This document shows, piece by piece, positions 63,113 through 64,000 of a DNA stretch of 64,000 nt (its first letter is position 1; each line of letters starts with the position of its first letter). The position numbers and the translations under genes are program-made. Origin of the DNA: Haliotis rufescens. Taxonomy: Eukaryota. Location of the stretch: contig NW_025964090.1 in the NCBI RefSeq assembly GCF_023055435.1, positions 2,542,001-2,606,000 of the forward strand, given 5' to 3'. The notes under the pieces are model-generated. The model was not told the DNA's origin and ran no database searches. It worked only from the letters and a program-made list of their open reading frames with translations.

Positions 63113-64000
63113 CTAGTCGTCTCTGTACCCAAAGGGGAGCGTGTCTACAGGCAGCCCTGTGGTTTTGTCGTGGACGATGTGTCACTTTTCGTAAATGGTG
63201 CGGTAGTCTTTTCGGGTGGGTCGGGTCACAAGAGCGATCCCGTGCCGAGGTCCTTAATGAATGATCTGCTGAGGGTAATCCAAGCTTATTTTCTCCCCCT
63301 CATTCCAATGCCGTTGTCCCAGTATCAGTCCTTTCATGGTGTCAAAGTTGAGGTGTTGTTGGTTTCTGTAATTCAAATTGAACCCTCGCACTTTGCAGGT
63401 CGTGAGTGTTCCATTGGGTCTGGGGTTCATTAACTGAATGGCCCAGCTCTGGATTCGTGTCATGGGATTGATGAATGTAAATTACGCTGTCCGTGTCAAA
63501 GTGACCCACTTGGGTCTCGTACAGCTTGAGACTTGCTTGTGCGGTGACCCAAGCAGCTATGGCGATATTGAAACGAGAATGAGGTGTTTGGAATTTTTCC
63601 TTGTGGGTATAGGTCACTTCCACCATGTATTCATTGACGACGGTGACATCCTCGATGGTATTTTGTTCATCTCTCCACAAGGTAAAGTACTGCGCAGGAT
63701 CGTTCATATAGACGTTCTGACTATAGTCTAACCATTGTCCGAACTTGCCCCAGAGCGAATTAAGAAAGAGCTTGGCAATAGTGCTAAGTCCTGGGTTCTT
63801 CTCGATGTGGTCCTTGTCCAAACGAATGCCTTCTTTGTCATAGATCTCCTGGATATAAGCGATGTGATCGGTACATCCCTCGGGGTATCCGCTGGCTTCG
63901 AACTTCTCCTTGAAATGACGGTCGATATAGGAGTCAAAGAGTCCTTTTTGTTGGGTGTCGAGGTCATGCTGTGCAAAAGTGTCGAAATGCCAAACTGAAG
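63113..64000 (-). pseudogene. Protein-primed family B DNA polymerase (pPolB) C-terminal part, frameshifted and internally deleted
   Basis: GLFDSYIDRHFKEKFEASGYP...NPGLSTIAKLFLNSLWGKFGQ...NIAIAAWVTAQA...DTDSVIY...CKVRGFNLN...TLPFGYRDD* spread over several frames. Confidence 0.88.

Larger units (their letters stand above)
60140..64000 (-). mobile_element. Degenerate Polinton/Maverick-like element segment (continues beyond the window)
   Basis: Contains pPolB and BIR genes, is intronless with higher GC, and has small CxxC and low-complexity ORFs. The left boundary is approximate and no TIR was recognised. Confidence 0.8.

Overview
Eukaryotic, intron-containing, repeat-rich invertebrate DNA. The repeat style suggests a mollusc, possibly a gastropod, but this is inference only. 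Four N-gaps lie at about 587-789, 6674-6933, 14948-15140 and 25885-26091. The dominant feature is invisible in the ORF track because the genes are spliced: a tandem cluster of six 3-exon macrophage migration inhibitory factor (MIF/D-DT family) genes, five on + and one on -, plus an orphan exon-3 fragment. They have the canonical 108/173-nt coding exons 1 and 2 and fall into two subtypes (A: copies 1, 3, 4; B: copies 2, 5, 6). Their substitutions concentrate on active-site and rim residues. Also present are the last three exons of an axonemal dynein DNAH10-like gene (probably an orphan duplicate), a decayed R4/Dong-type RLE LINE whose ORF has spawned a 5-kb 60-bp satellite, and a decayed Polinton/Maverick segment (pPolB plus a BIR/IAP gene). 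There are four short retroposon families sharing one 3' tail, one of which has a covarying pseudoknotted RNA head instead of a tRNA head, plus several MITEs and minisatellites. No prokaryotic features and no CRISPR.
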